Shown: positions 1-17,318, counted from the whole stretch's first letter. The stretch is DNA of 63,862 nucleotides, filler included, from Choristocarpus tenellus KU-1152 (GCA_964200185.2; 8 parts of 8 records of this genome joined end to end with filler, not necessarily neighbours in it), one strand, 5' to 3'. The notes: generated by a model from the letters alone, not told the origin. Made by a program: numbers and translations.

Positions 1-2
1 TA

Positions 3-5305
<5,303 letters not shown>

Positions 5306-6025
5306 TTGAGACTGTTTCCTTCTCTAGGGATTTGCTGTCCTATGGAAACTACCCTCCAAATGACATGGAGGTTGTTGTAGCTCATGAGTGATTTTTCTTG
5401 ACTATCCTGTTTTTTGAACAAGGAAGCAACCTCCAATAGTATTGCTTCCATCGTATTTTGAAGTCAGCCCCCTCCCTCTACCAGGAGTACACCCTAAATA
5501 GCCGGGATGGCGAGTTCTGGAAAATATAGATCAATTCAGGGTGACTTCGGATTGTGGTTGGGTTTAGAGAAAAGCCTCACTTGATTGGATCAAGGTGCAA
5601 AAAACATAATAAATCAGCAGGAGTAGCGATTGAGGTTGACATGTGACACAGCTCAATGGCTCAAGTCCAAAGAGAGTGTTTGCAGTGGGACAAGGATGTT
5701 ACATGGATGTGATTTTTTGCAAGTCACAAACGCAAGAGAATTCTTGAATCAACAACCTTGGCATTATATCTCTCTATTTGTCCTGTTCCAGTCGATTATC
5801 TCCTTTTCCTACCAAGCACGGTATAATGAAGTAGGAGTTGATGAGAAAATTATGGGAGTGATTTGATGTAGACTATGATGAAAAGGCACACAGCCAGTGT
5901 TAGCGATCTTCCCCTCCTCTACAGTCTTCATCACCTCCCCGTGGTTGTCACTCATCTCTGGCACTACCCTTGTTACCTTACCTTTAGATTTATTTCACTT
6001 TAATGAGTACAGCACATGTGATACA

Positions 6026-7313
6026 CTATGGTAAGGTGTGGGATGCATCTTTGGTGCAAGAGCTAATGAATGAAATCTTTATTCCAAGAATCACTAGCTT
6101 CGGTGAGAACAAGAATAAACTGGGACAAGCAAAAGCAGTCATCAGCTTACTGTGGAGGTTTTGAGATTTGGGGCTTGATGGCACCAGGTTAAACTGTCCC
6201 AAGTCTCTGATCCTGTCCCCTGGGTTGACCTTCATGGTAACAAATTGCTGCTTCCATTGGTCCTTCATAAATCTGCGGGAAAAAAAAACTGGATAAGGCT
6301 TTAGCCCACAAAAAACAAAATTGTGGGCGTCACATTTCAATGCTGTACAGACATAAAGCTCCCCTACGTTCATATTGCTGCTTCAATCCTTTGGTAGTAT
6401 ACCTAATTCAAGACCATGGGAAAATGGTGGGTTACTCCCTCAACTTATGGAAGGACTGTGTTCAGAGTGATGTGGTAGGATAAGTTGAGGTTCGATCATT
6501 TGTAGAGTTTTCCAGTTGTAGATATCTATAACAGTGAACCCTGGAATGCGTAATGAACTTACCTCTGTCCGCAACCTGTGTTGCGAAATGAATTGTTTGG
6601 GGTCAACTTGTTTTGTGTTCAATATCTGTTTCAATGAGTTGATATTGATCGTCCTGTTTGGTTCTGGTTCTTCAGAATCACCCATTTTTTACTTGCAATG
6701 CTAGAAAAAGAACCACAAAACAATCTCCCATAACTTGATCGAATTTCCTCCTTAGGAAATTAAGAGGCCATATAGTAAGGAAGGGACAAACATGCTTCTG
6801 TCATGATACAGCTGAAGAAACGAAAAAATGCTGCAGCAGGCAGGATCGTCTTGAAAGAGACTGGGTCGGTGGAAGTGTAGGACTTAGTGGCATGAATGAG
6901 GCACTAAGAGACTACATGTGAGTGAAATCTTACGGACCAATCTTTTGCACCATCTCGTAACGTGCAAAGGGGGGTTTGTTTCGAACTTTGCAGAGTGATC
7001 ATTCCCCAATGCACCTACAGCACATGAAAAGACCCAGGCCTACATGAAAAAATGAGACCTTGCTCACATCCGTTATCCCTAAGACCGTGCGTCTACTTGG
7101 CGGACCCAGGGAGAAGTCAAAAGTTTGACTGCACCTCAGCAAATTCGTGTTAGAGCTTACCTGCAGCGCCTGGCTGAGGACAAGAGCACATTAGCAACTG
7201 TGATGGACAAATTATTTGGTATGCGGAGTAAACTGTCTCTATCTGGTGATAATGAGTATCCTGATTCAGAACTAGACTGGCAACTGTGGCTCTCAGGTGC
7301 TCTATCCAAGCGA
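6026..7313 (-). other. Probable 3' exons of an unidentified minus-strand spliced transcript, convergent with TTLL1
   Basis: Strong minus-strand splice signals: CAG|GTAAG donor at ~7160, T-rich CCCGCAG acceptor at ~6273 and CTTTTTCTAG acceptor at ~6701. No recognisable domain, and the reading frame is ambiguous. Confidence 0.3.
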
Positions 7314-7878
7314 CTGTCAAAATTTAGAAATCATCTTAGAAGGTTTAGAAGATTTCCTCTTCCACTTGTTGAAGTATCCCACACTGGACCCGCGGCTTTG
7401 GTGCTTTAATGAAGGACAAAGAACAGCTTAATGTAGATGGGCGAAGTTACTATTACAAGAGGGCTTATAGTCTCGATTCCGCTGACTGAGTACGTGGACA
7501 AGGCTATAGCCTAAACTACCGTTATTATTTCTATAGTGTGGGGTTTGTAATCGTCCACACTAATTCACTATGAATCACTTATTTACTTGTCTTAAGTATA
7601 GAAAGAGTATCTTGAACATGATACAGAAATAAAATCAACTCTATAGTCAGTACATACTATACATCTGTCACTGACTCTTCATCCTAATATATTATCCACC
7701 CGTGGTGTCTATGTGTATCAGCAGCACTATCTACGAACACCACTTTGATGCCAAGAATGTGGTAACTCTCAATAGTGAGTCAAAGAAACGAGAGGTACCG
7801 AGAGTTAAGAGAGGATTTTCAAAATTGGGGATGGAGCGGGACTACGAGGATGGTTGTTTTGCGAAAACGGTCTTAAAA

Positions 7879-7978
7879 NNNNNNNNNNNNNNNNNNNNNN
7901 NNNNNNNNNNNNNNNNNNNNNNTTAATTAATTAANNNNNNNNNNNNNNNNNNNNNNNNNNNNNNNNNNNNNNNNNNNN
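7879..7978. other. Artificial contig spacer N44-TTAATTAATTAA-N44 (also 12382-12481, 17448-17547, 24905-25004, 28673-28772, 34623-34722, 61023-61122)
   Basis: Seven identical 100-nt blocks; the 12-mer places a stop in all six frames. Confidence 0.97.
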
Positions 7979-8136
7979 CAGGACTCGAATGGATACCCTT
8001 GTGTAGCCCCCCCCCCCCTCCCCCCCAGATAATTTGAGCCAATCCCTGTCAATCGTCTGACATGTTCTGTGTATTCCAACCAAAGATCTTAACAAACAAC
8101 CAAGAGGATGCAAAGTGTGGAAGCAACCCCCCTAAC

Positions 8137-10599
8137 CTGCTCTTGGTCTGCTTCTGACCGTCAAAGAAATATGTGCGCTGTCTGGAGACCCTGGAAACAG
8201 CAGACTTCACCTTCCGAGCCAACCCCAAGAGTAGTGAAGAATAAATGAGTGTGGCAAAAGTTAGTTAAGATACAACTAAACTAGAAGAGGATAGCCTGCA
8301 GAGGCAAGGAAGATGTTGGTATGGTGTGTAACAGGCGCAGCATTTTTTGTGCGAGGACAATAGAATGTAGAAACATGGTTTCCTCTTTGAGTCCACAATA
8401 TTCCTTCAATCCTCGAGTGGGGTACATGAGTCGCACCAATGACAAATATATGAGCTAACCCTTCATAATAATAGAAACAACGATACAGAATGAGGGGATG
8501 AGGTGTAAGCTGAAACTGAGTATATATTCCTCTTGGTTATTGAGCTTGCGATTTAAGACAACTAGGTACAAGAGCAATATATTTTTTCCTACTCAATAGT
8601 TTCAGTGTATTCACAACAAGGTACTCTCAACGTAGTTGGTAAATACAATTCATAATATTTCTGCTACAGATTACAAGTTCTTTATCAGTCCAACGATAAT
8701 CTTCGCCGAGATTAAGCTTTAAATAATCAGCACATTCTTCATTTTTGCGCTGCATCTGGTTTACCCCTCCTTTCAGCTGAACCACAAAGGTTTCTGGTGA
8801 CCGATGTAGGTCCAGCTTGTTTGACTTTCTGTACAGCAGCGACTGCGCTGCCTTGCTTCAGGAGCAGAAAGCCTTCCACTTGCTCTGTGGACTATTGGGA
8901 ATGTACTATTACTAGGACATATCCTGTAGAACTGTATGCCACTGCACATTTGCAGGGAAGGGAGTCACTTCTTGGATGTTATTGATTGAAATGTGTATGC
9001 ACATAGATGGCTGAATAAAGAGAGACTTGGTGAATACTTTAAGTACTAGTATAAAGTATATCTGTGACCAATACCGACAGCCTGGTTCAACCTAACTACC
9101 TTTTGCACTATTCTTTCTGGAGGACTACACTGGTGCTCTCATCTGCCTAGAGCAACAAGAAGTGATTGCGATAAACCAACTCTTCCCACAGAAGTCTATC
9201 TTTCCCTAAGATGCAAATTTTCCACTAAAAAAAGGTGTTACAATTTACACAGTACAGGGTACTGTAGACTTGTAATAAACTCTACTAAATATGTATATAC
9301 TAATATACACATTCAATCGGGATGACCAGAATACACAAGACCTCGTGGTCTCGCTGACCTTGACGCTTTGATTACCCTGTGACATGTCCTCGAACATCAG
9401 CTCCACCTCACAGTGCCCTGCAGAAGTCAGCTCGACATTCTGTGGTGGGCAGTACAAATAAGTGAATGTAGACGAGGTAGTATGTGAGGGTGAGAACAGG
9501 GGGTTGCTGCGACACTGGGTTTGATTTCGCCTCGAACAGGTGGAAAATCAGTAGTAGTAGTCCTGGCCTGTGATACTTCAAAGAAAACTAATTGTGACTA
9601 CGGTGTAAGTCCAATCAACATAATAATGAGCATTCATTAGTAGACCGAGCAGTTGCATGGGAGGGAGACAATGACATGATCGGATAAGGGCTATCCATTC
9701 AACTCCTTCCTGGACATGAGCAGCTTCTGGTGAAATATTGTTCTACCCAGGAATGCACTTTATCGTGTCGAGCACAGCATATATAGTGTGGACTTCTGAA
9801 TACTCCGTATCTACTCCAGAGTATATGCACACGGTACAGTCTAGCTCTACAGAAAGTGCAGAGTAGTACTCCAGAATAAGTCTTATTTGAGCGCTACTAT
9901 TATGTGGTTTTTGCAAATTCGTAAAACAATCTACCTATTGCGGGACCTACCATAACTTTATCACAACACGAACATCTCAACAAGTAAGTAAATGGCCAAA
10001 AAATACCTTCCATTCGTTTGTCCTCACCTGCCGGGCCCCCATCTGGGTGGCACTCTCGCCCAGGCCAAAGAGAATGGCGTTGAGGAGAGTGGACTTTCCG
10101 CTTCCGTTTGGACCAGTGATGCCTATGTGGCGAAAGCAGATAGGGGAGAATGTAATGGAACACCAAGAACACAGCAACGACATGCTCACACACATCAGGA
10201 TTTCACCGAGGGGAAAGTATTGTCCCAACTATGTAACACATTAAAATAACAGTGACTAAGACATGCAATAAGGTAATGAAAATAGAGTACTTCTTGTCCA
10301 CGCATTTTTCATCGTCGTTTTATGATATCGCATTCCGAAATACACAAAGCATAGGTGATGGATCCCTAGACAGCAAAGTCATATCAACCAATAAAACGAA
10401 TAGTGCATAAACCAATCCTCGGATCAGAGGTTAGGGAGTGTCTCCCTCCTCCTTCCCACTTACAGGTTAACCCTGCATGGCCGAAAGTTGCTATTTCCTC
10501 TCCGCTGAAGCTTCGGAAGCCAGCAACCCTGACCGTCGCAAGGCGATAACGATGTTGCGCACCCTTCTCCTTATTGTCACAGCGTGATCCTTTCTTCAT
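8137..10599 (-). CDS. SMC-family (RecF/RecN/SMC N-terminal head) ATPase, 5' part (exons 10599-10464, 10122-10028, 9439-9342, 8190-8137)
   Basis: Exons join in phase: MKKG...RYRLATVRVAGFRSFSGEEIATFGHAGLT|CITGPNGSGKSTLLNAILFGLGESATQMGARQ|NVELTSAGHCEVELMFED...VSETTR|VSRQRTYFFDGQKQTKS. It shows the SMC-type GF(R/K)SF, Walker A GPNGSGKS, VEL.F and R.Y..DG motifs. The gene is cut by the spacer at 7879-7978. Confidence 0.8.
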
Positions 10600-12327
10600 G
10601 ATACGCAGAGCTGTGTCTTTATGGTGATTCGCCCGGAAACTAGCCTTCAGCACGATAATTTTTTTCAGGTGTGATTGTGCTTTCGCTCAACATGTATGAT
10701 ACGATCTTTGCAATTGTATCTTTTGAGACAAAAAAATATATATGTAGGTATTGTGTAATAGTATACTTCGAGGTATTATTGTATTGAATATATCGTATTG
10801 AAGCACATCAACAATAGGTGACCATAACTTTCGCAGTTCTTACTCAAAACGGATAAAATATGAAGTGAAATGTGAAGGAAAAGGACTTGTGAGTGGCATG
10901 AGTGGGAAATTCAACTTCAATACGTACTACATTGTTGTAGATGTCTTGAGATTGTTGAACGAGGTGAAAATTACGTATTGCCAGGAAAAAAGCACCTGTA
11001 TCTCTAGGTTTTACGTTAGGAACCATAATCTAACAGAGAGTATAAGCTAAGACATTTGTATGGTATAGGCGGTGCTATTGGAAGTGCTAGAGGACTCAAG
11101 AAATACAGGATTTACTATGCAGTAGGTGTAGTAGTGCAGTATTCTAAGGAAATTTGGAGCACACAAAAATTCATAAAATGCAAATAGAGCACGAAATATC
11201 ATGCATCCCTGCATGTTAATGAGTGGAACTGGCCTTCCAGGGCTTGTTCATTTGTATTTGGGTCACTGGAGAATTGAAACATTAGAGTATTCTGAGCTCC
11301 TGCAGGCTCATCATATATGTTTGAAATTCTACATGAGCTACCCCTCTCCATCCATCCGCCTCTCTTCGTCTACACCCTCCTCCCGTTCTTCGCCGTTTCT
11401 TCTACTTCTATGACACTCAAGGGATGCCATCCTCAGTCCCAGGGGGAGCAATGAGTTTGTGCTCCATCAGTTCGCTCTCTTCATCTTTTTCGACAGTGTT
11501 CACAGCTTCAATTTGCTCATCTGGATACATTTCACAAGGAGTTCTAGAAATTCCGAGGTAGGCAGGCAGGCTTTGGGCATTTTGAATCTCAAGCCATTTT
11601 TCTTTCCCCTGACCTATTTATTGCTCAATGTTTCAATGGTGTCCTTAATATTTTTTTATCCTATTCACCTTCAAAATGACATTAAAATCTACCTCTCTTT
11701 CCACAATTCAACAACGAGCGATTTTGACCATTTCTCAGGGTCCATAAAATGTAACCTCGACTACCTCTCAATTATTTTTGCTCAACTTTGCTAAGGTGAG
11801 TAACTCAACCGTTGTTCCCCTTCCCCTTTTGTGCGTTCGGCCCCTTGTCCACGCTCTTTCCGAGCATGCGCTTCCACATGATCCAGTCTGTCGCAAGGTC
11901 TTCAGAATCCCAATCGTAATACCCCTATACGGGAGTATTTGTATATCATGGACTACTTTGAACTGTGGGGTGCCACGCAATTTTCTCATCCATCTAATCG
12001 AAGCATCCGTTGCTTCATTGGACCTCATCAGGCCGAGATTATGGCACACCTGATCAAACAGCCGAAGAACAGACAGCTCCACTCCTAGGCGCCACTGCGC
12101 AACTACTAGGACTCCCCTGTAGACGAAAAGTATACCCATGGACCACCAGGATCCTGGTCTTTCCGATGCACTATGCAGCATCAATATAATGTGAGGGCTT
12201 TGCTAGTGATGGAGTGAAGAGTGAATACACAATGAAATTCTGGCTTTCAAGAAAAAGAAAAGCCACCTAGAAACCGAGTTTTGATATATACTTACTAGTT
12301 CCTTCCACAATAAGAGTGTCTCGAGGT

Positions 12328-12503
12328 TAGCTCAAAGTATCCGGGGGGGGGGGGGGGGGGGGGGAGGGGGGCGCCAAGGGGNNNNNNNNNNNNNNNNNNN
12401 NNNNNNNNNNNNNNNNNNNNNNNNNTTAATTAATTAANNNNNNNNNNNNNNNNNNNNNNNNNNNNNNNNNNNNNNNNNNNNCCCCCCAAGATACTTTGAC
12501 CCA
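12328..12503. mobile_element. MITE family B ends on either side of a spacer (further partial copies at 7979-8041, 25005-25099, 63841-63862)
   Basis: TAGCTCAAAGTATCC-polyG before the gap and polyC-AAGATACTTTGACCCA after it. Confidence 0.7.
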
Positions 12504-12609
12504 TTTACCACCCAGTTCATACCCCACAAGACAGACACCCGTGTCATCCATGTCACTCACCGTTCCAGTACCTATGTGCTTCTCCACCACAGTTCTCCCA
12601 CACTCTTAG

Positions 12610-12991
12610 GGGCGTCCGGAATAAACGACCCCCAGCCGACCAAGACAAAGGAAAGAAGAAGACAAGAGGAAAGGGGAAGAAAAATAGACCAGGAGTCAGC
12701 GATCCAAACCCGGCGTCTGCCGCCAAGGCAGAGGAGGATTGGGAAGCGCAACCCTGGAAGGTGCAGTTGGCATACCTGAGACGTATGCACACCAGGAACG
12801 TTCTCATCAGGGGGGCCGTCCTGGAGGTTGCAGTTCAGGTTATGAAGGACCTGAAAGAGAAGGACAGGCTCGGGATAGACCCCTACGCCGACGATTCACC
12901 AGGAGAGTCTGCAGCAGAAGGTTCTCCTACCAAGAAATACATCATCAGCGACAATGTACTCAATTGTATTAGTTCATCACTTCATCTCTAG
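12610..12991 (+). CDS. Terminal exon of an unidentified protein (basic Lys-rich stretch then a helical segment)
   Basis: Open frame after the TTAG acceptor: GVRNKRPPADQDKGKKKTRGKGKKNRPG...WEAQPWKVQLAYLRRMHTRNVLIRGAVLEVAVQVMKDLKEKDRLG...SSSLHL*. Composition looks coding, but no homology is recognised. Confidence 0.4.
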
Positions 12992-13556
12992 CCATTGCAT
13001 TTCAGTTCGTTGTGTAAAGCCATATCACAATAAACGCCCTGATTGCGCACATTTATCTACCTCATCAAATACTCTGAGGGCGTTACCCTGAGCAATGACC
13101 ACGAACACACAGGCGAGCAATTGCATTATTGCACGACATCGCCATAGGTAAACATCCAAACACCCTTCCCCACACCAAACACACGACCTAGACTCTCTTC
13201 CATCCTATCGACGCTCGATAGTTACACAACGAACGTTGTCACAGGGTTCTCCGGTTCTTTCAAAGGTTGCGAAGTTGCTCGTCGTACACACTGTGTCGTA
13301 CTTTGCCTATGTTGTACCGATCGTCAGAACCCGGCGAAAAGAGAGAAATTATGTCGTGGTTACATGCTAGTCCTGCACGCTTCCACTTCACCCTTTCTTA
13401 CCAGCCCTATTCGTCCCCCTGTTCTGGGGGCTCGCATAATCGGCACACCTTCAAAGAACCGCCACTACTCTGGTCCATCCATCCTTTCCACAGCCCCTCT
13501 ATTCTCCTCTGCATCCTGCCCCGCGTACTCCTTCTCACGAACCTCTATCTCATCCC

Positions 13557-15661
13557 TTGTGCCTCCTAACACTAACAACTCCTCCCATCGTTTTCCCCCC
13601 ACTTCGCCACGACCTTTGCTGCTCCTCCGCCATCACAGAAATAACGCGTGTCACAAACATTTTGATCACGCCAGAGAACCTATCGACGTCCGAGCACGAC
13701 CTCAATAAGTTCAAGTCCGACACCAACGCAGCTCCTGAGAGAGAAGTCGCCCTTCTCCAAACACGACCGGGAGGCCTGGTCATCACATGCTCCGCCCTCA
13801 GGGGCAACGTTGACCCGGATCGTACCAAACTCCTGCAGGACGAGCTCTCGACATTGACCAATTTTGCAATGGTCAAGACACTGGTAACAGGTGGCGTATC
13901 CACCAGCATACCTTGTGGGAGACCCGGCACACCAGGTGCTCGAGAGGAGCAAGATAACCCCTCACTTAGCCCTGCAGTAGGTGCGGGGAGCAGGAGTCTA
14001 GAGAGGGGGAGGCATACAATCTCACCCTTGGAACACAACTCTGAAGGCGTTGGGGGCCGACCCGTTTGTAACGGATTGTCAGGCCCAGAGGAAATTCCTA
14101 TGGAGGACGTGAGGGGACGGCTAGGCAAGGACTCGGAGTACACGCCTGATAAGAGTGCCACAGGGATGTCCCCGACCGCCTGTTTAGTGGACAGCGGCGG
14201 AACTGAGTCACAAGTACCAGGGAACATGTGCGACCACAGTGTGAGGCGAAACGAAAACCGCATACATATTGATTGTAACACAACTCCGAGGGAGAAGAGT
14301 TCCAAGAAGGACAAAGGGAAGCGCAAAAGGATCCTGATTAGGAAAAAGAGGTTTAGAGAAGACTCTGAAGACGAGGTGGACCGGCCGTTTGTTTTGACTT
14401 GTCAGGTCCAGAGGAACTTCCTACGGAGGACGCGAGAGGGCAGCTAGGCGAGGACTCGGAGTACACGCCTGTCAGGAGTGCCACAGGGGTGTCCACGAAC
14501 GCCCATTCAGTGGACAGCGGCGGGACTGAGTCACAAGTACCGGGGAATGTGTACGACCACAGTGTGAGGCGAAGCGAAAAACGCGTACATATTGATCGTA
14601 ACAGAACCCCGACGAAGAAGCCTTTGAAGAAGGAGAAAGGGAAGCGCAAAAGGACCCTGATTAGGAAAAAGAGGGTTAGAGAAGATTCTGAAGACGAGGG
14701 GGACCGACCCGATGGTGACGCTTCCACATGTCCGGAGGAACTTCCAGTGGAGGACGTGAGGGGGCGGCAAGGCAAGGACTCGGAGTCCACGCCTGTCCAG
14801 AGTGACACAGGGATGTCCCCGAACGCCCATTCGGTGGGCAGCAGCGGCGATGAGGCAAAGGTGCCAGGGAACGTGTACGACCATGGTGTGAGGCCAAGTG
14901 AGAACCGTGACAGTTCCACAACCCAGAGGGGCAAGCCTTCCAAGGAGGGCGAAGTCCGGGGTTCTAGGATACTAATTACGAGAAAGAGGGCGAGAGAAGG
15001 TGCTGGACAGACGAGACCTTTCAAACAGCCTGTTGATCCTCATGGCAGCGCATTAGAACCTGGCTTCCTCGACAACATCTTCGCTTCTGCCAAAATGGGC
15101 AGATGCACGGTACATCCATGTTCACTCACATCTAGGGACGACGATGACAACCAAAGATCATCTCGTGGTGAGGAGGATTGTGTCACACAGGATGCGGCGG
15201 ACTCTGGCGATGCATCCGATGTGGGGATCACCGAAGCCTTAATGGAGGCATGCGTCACCAATCTCCACCATTCTGCAACGAAACCTGCTTCTGCACAGTA
15301 TCGAGTGCAGACGCAAATCCTAACCCAAGTCATATATGATCACGGGTTCAGGTTCGTCAAGGCCGGTAAAGGGACCGCTTCTCTTATTTTCGGGGATGAA
15401 TGCTACGTCCATGGGCCCACACAGGTTAAACTCGGCGATCGTGGAGGTAAGCCAGACAATACGTTGCGTCCCGAGAATGTGGAAGCGCTCCAGGCGAAGA
15501 AGGCTATCTTCTTGAGCCTCGTAAAGCCCGAGCCTTGGAACGCCAGGTACTCCACGTGCCTAAATCTATGGCACCGTCTTGTAGAGGCATATCCTAAGCT
15601 TGAAGAGTGGTGGAAGAAAGGTGATGAATGCAATTTCGAGTCCGCCCAGCAATTGAAATAG
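13557..15661 (+). CDS. Intronless hypothetical protein (~700 aa if repaired) with three ~108-aa tandem repeats; 1-nt frameshift near 14384 (pseudogene or sequencing error)
   Basis: ORFs 13557-14447 and 14399-15661 overlap in different frames. The repeat landmark ACTCGGAG sits at 14131, 14454 and 14778 (spacing 323 and 324 nt), so one base is missing at the unit 1/2 junction. The start codon is uncertain. Confidence 0.6.
14060..14998 (+). repeat. Coding tandem repeat, ~324-bp unit, ~3 copies (third copy more diverged)
   Basis: Each unit reads approximately PEE(I/L)PxEDxRGxxGxDSExTPxxSxTGxSxxAxxVxSxGxExxVPGNxxDHxVRxxExR...RxLIxxKRxRE. Confidence 0.9.
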
Positions 15662-16440
15662 GGCTTCGTAAGTTCCGATTTTCTGTTGAAGTATCGGTAG
15701 AGTTGCAGGTTGTGCAGATTTCTGCATCAGTGTATCTTTCCATGGTGTCCGACTCTCATGTTCATGCACTTTGCATTCCGCAAGTTATGCATTTAGATAG
15801 TAGAACAAAAATACGTATCTACCGGTCAGAGTCGTCAGCGTATCATATATCATACCCACGTTGAGGATCAGACCTGTCTTATCATTTGTTTAAAAAGCGT
15901 GTCTGCTACAATGTTTCAGCCCTAAAATATAATACATCGATCAAACAACTCTTCTCCATCTGTGCGGCTAACCGTTCCAAACGATTCGCCAAGGGCAGCG
16001 ATGAATACCCTGTCCTTCTGTGAGCCATTATTTATTCCTTGTACACGATAACGCACCTCTCCCATTCTTTTCAATACTCTATGCACCACCTATTGCTTTG
16101 CCCAACTGTCGACGAACTAGTTTCGATCAAGTGTAGTCATTCGAATCGTAGGGGATCATATGCCTAACTAAGTCCACCCACGATGCCCCTAACCACAGCA
16201 CCAGCCCAGGACCTGTGGAAGTGTACCTTGAACTACTTTCCTCGGAATGTACGACAATATTCCTTGACCAATAACCACTCGTACACACGTCCATATTCCG
16301 TCTACACCTTTTGCCGTACCTCATACCAACAACTTCATCCCTAACACCCTCAACGACAACAACCACGTCTTACTACATCCAACATCCAACACATGCACAC
16401 AAACAAATGAAGGTGTTAGACTTAAACTGTGCATGACGCA

Positions 16441-16633
16441 GAGCGAAGGTGTCTTAAAGGGCACGAGTTTTGCCCTGCTTGTCCCTTTAGTGCTTGACTT
16501 CTAACGCCTTTTTTATGACATTTATCTACTCTGAAACGTTTCCAATTAAGAACATGTATACGTTATGAAAAAGGTGCGTCCAGAACAACGATGTTGACAC
16601 TTGCTAACAAACACGATAGGACCCAAAGTATCT

Positions 16634-16669
<36 letters not shown>

Positions 16670-16900
16670 CTACACCAGAGTGTCCATTTGGATCATAACC
16701 AGGAAGAGTGCACTTTCATTATCCATCCAACGTATGGAATCAAATCATCCAAAAATCGTGACACGAAAAAATTGGCCTCAAGTGGACAACCGCCCCGCCT
16801 CCCAGATACTTTGACCCATTGCCAAATCTACACCAAAATCACAATTTCGGTGCTTGATCCCCATTTCGACACCGCTCTACCCTCTAAGACACTTCAGCTC
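16441..16900. mobile_element. MITE family A copy (~260 bp) interrupted by a family B copy
   Basis: Degenerate TIRs GAGCGAAGGTGTCTTAAAGGG...CCCTCTAAGACACTTCAGCTC. The internal sequence aligns with the other A copies on both sides of 16619-16818. Confidence 0.85.
16619..16818. mobile_element. MITE family B copy nested in family A
   Basis: GGACCCAAAGTATCT-polyG...CCCAGATACTTTGACCCA. Homologous, in inverted orientation, to 28327-28501. Confidence 0.85.
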
Positions 16901-17058
16901 CGTATGTTTTGGTTCCTCGTGCACACGTCGGGAGAACAGACCCAAACCGACAATCCTCTATGTGTACGTTTCATAAACAACCGATGCAAGCAAATAATGG
17001 AACAGAACAACCCCGCAGCAGACAATTTTATTTTTTTCTATTCCTCAAAAACAATGGG

Positions 17059-17318
17059 GAGCCAAAGTATCTTAGAGGGAAGAGCTTAGTCCATTTGGGG
17101 GCCAAAATCCATTGTTCCAATTTTCATGTAATTTTGGTTGTTGTGTTTGCTGGGAAGTGTCAGTAACCATGTTCTGGACACATCTTTTCATAACGAGTAC
17201 ATTTTACCTACCCCGAAACATTTTGGAGTAGGAATATATGTCTGTAAAAAACCCATGGGAAGCCAAGCCCAAATGGACAAACAGGGGAAACCTCGTACCC
17301 TCTAAGATATTTTCACTC
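17059..17318. mobile_element. MITE family A
   Basis: GAGCCAAAGTATCTTAGAGGG...CCCTCTAAGATATTTTCACTC inverted termini, plus the central palindrome. Confidence 0.9.

Noticed and set aside
8760-8890. LDLHRSPETFVVQ on the minus strand, resembling the SMC Q-loop region
   Set aside because: It lies upstream of the RTYFFDG exon, which is the wrong order for an SMC head, and splice phases were not convincingly compatible.
11200-12300. ORFs of 70-138 aa on both strands (also 62595-63824)
   Set aside because: No recognisable motifs or consistent splicing. Possibly decayed transposon sequence, but unsupported.
13550-15333. Long minus-strand ORFs (258, 223 aa; likewise 22338-22973)
   Set aside because: Antisense shadows of the plus-strand coding frames.
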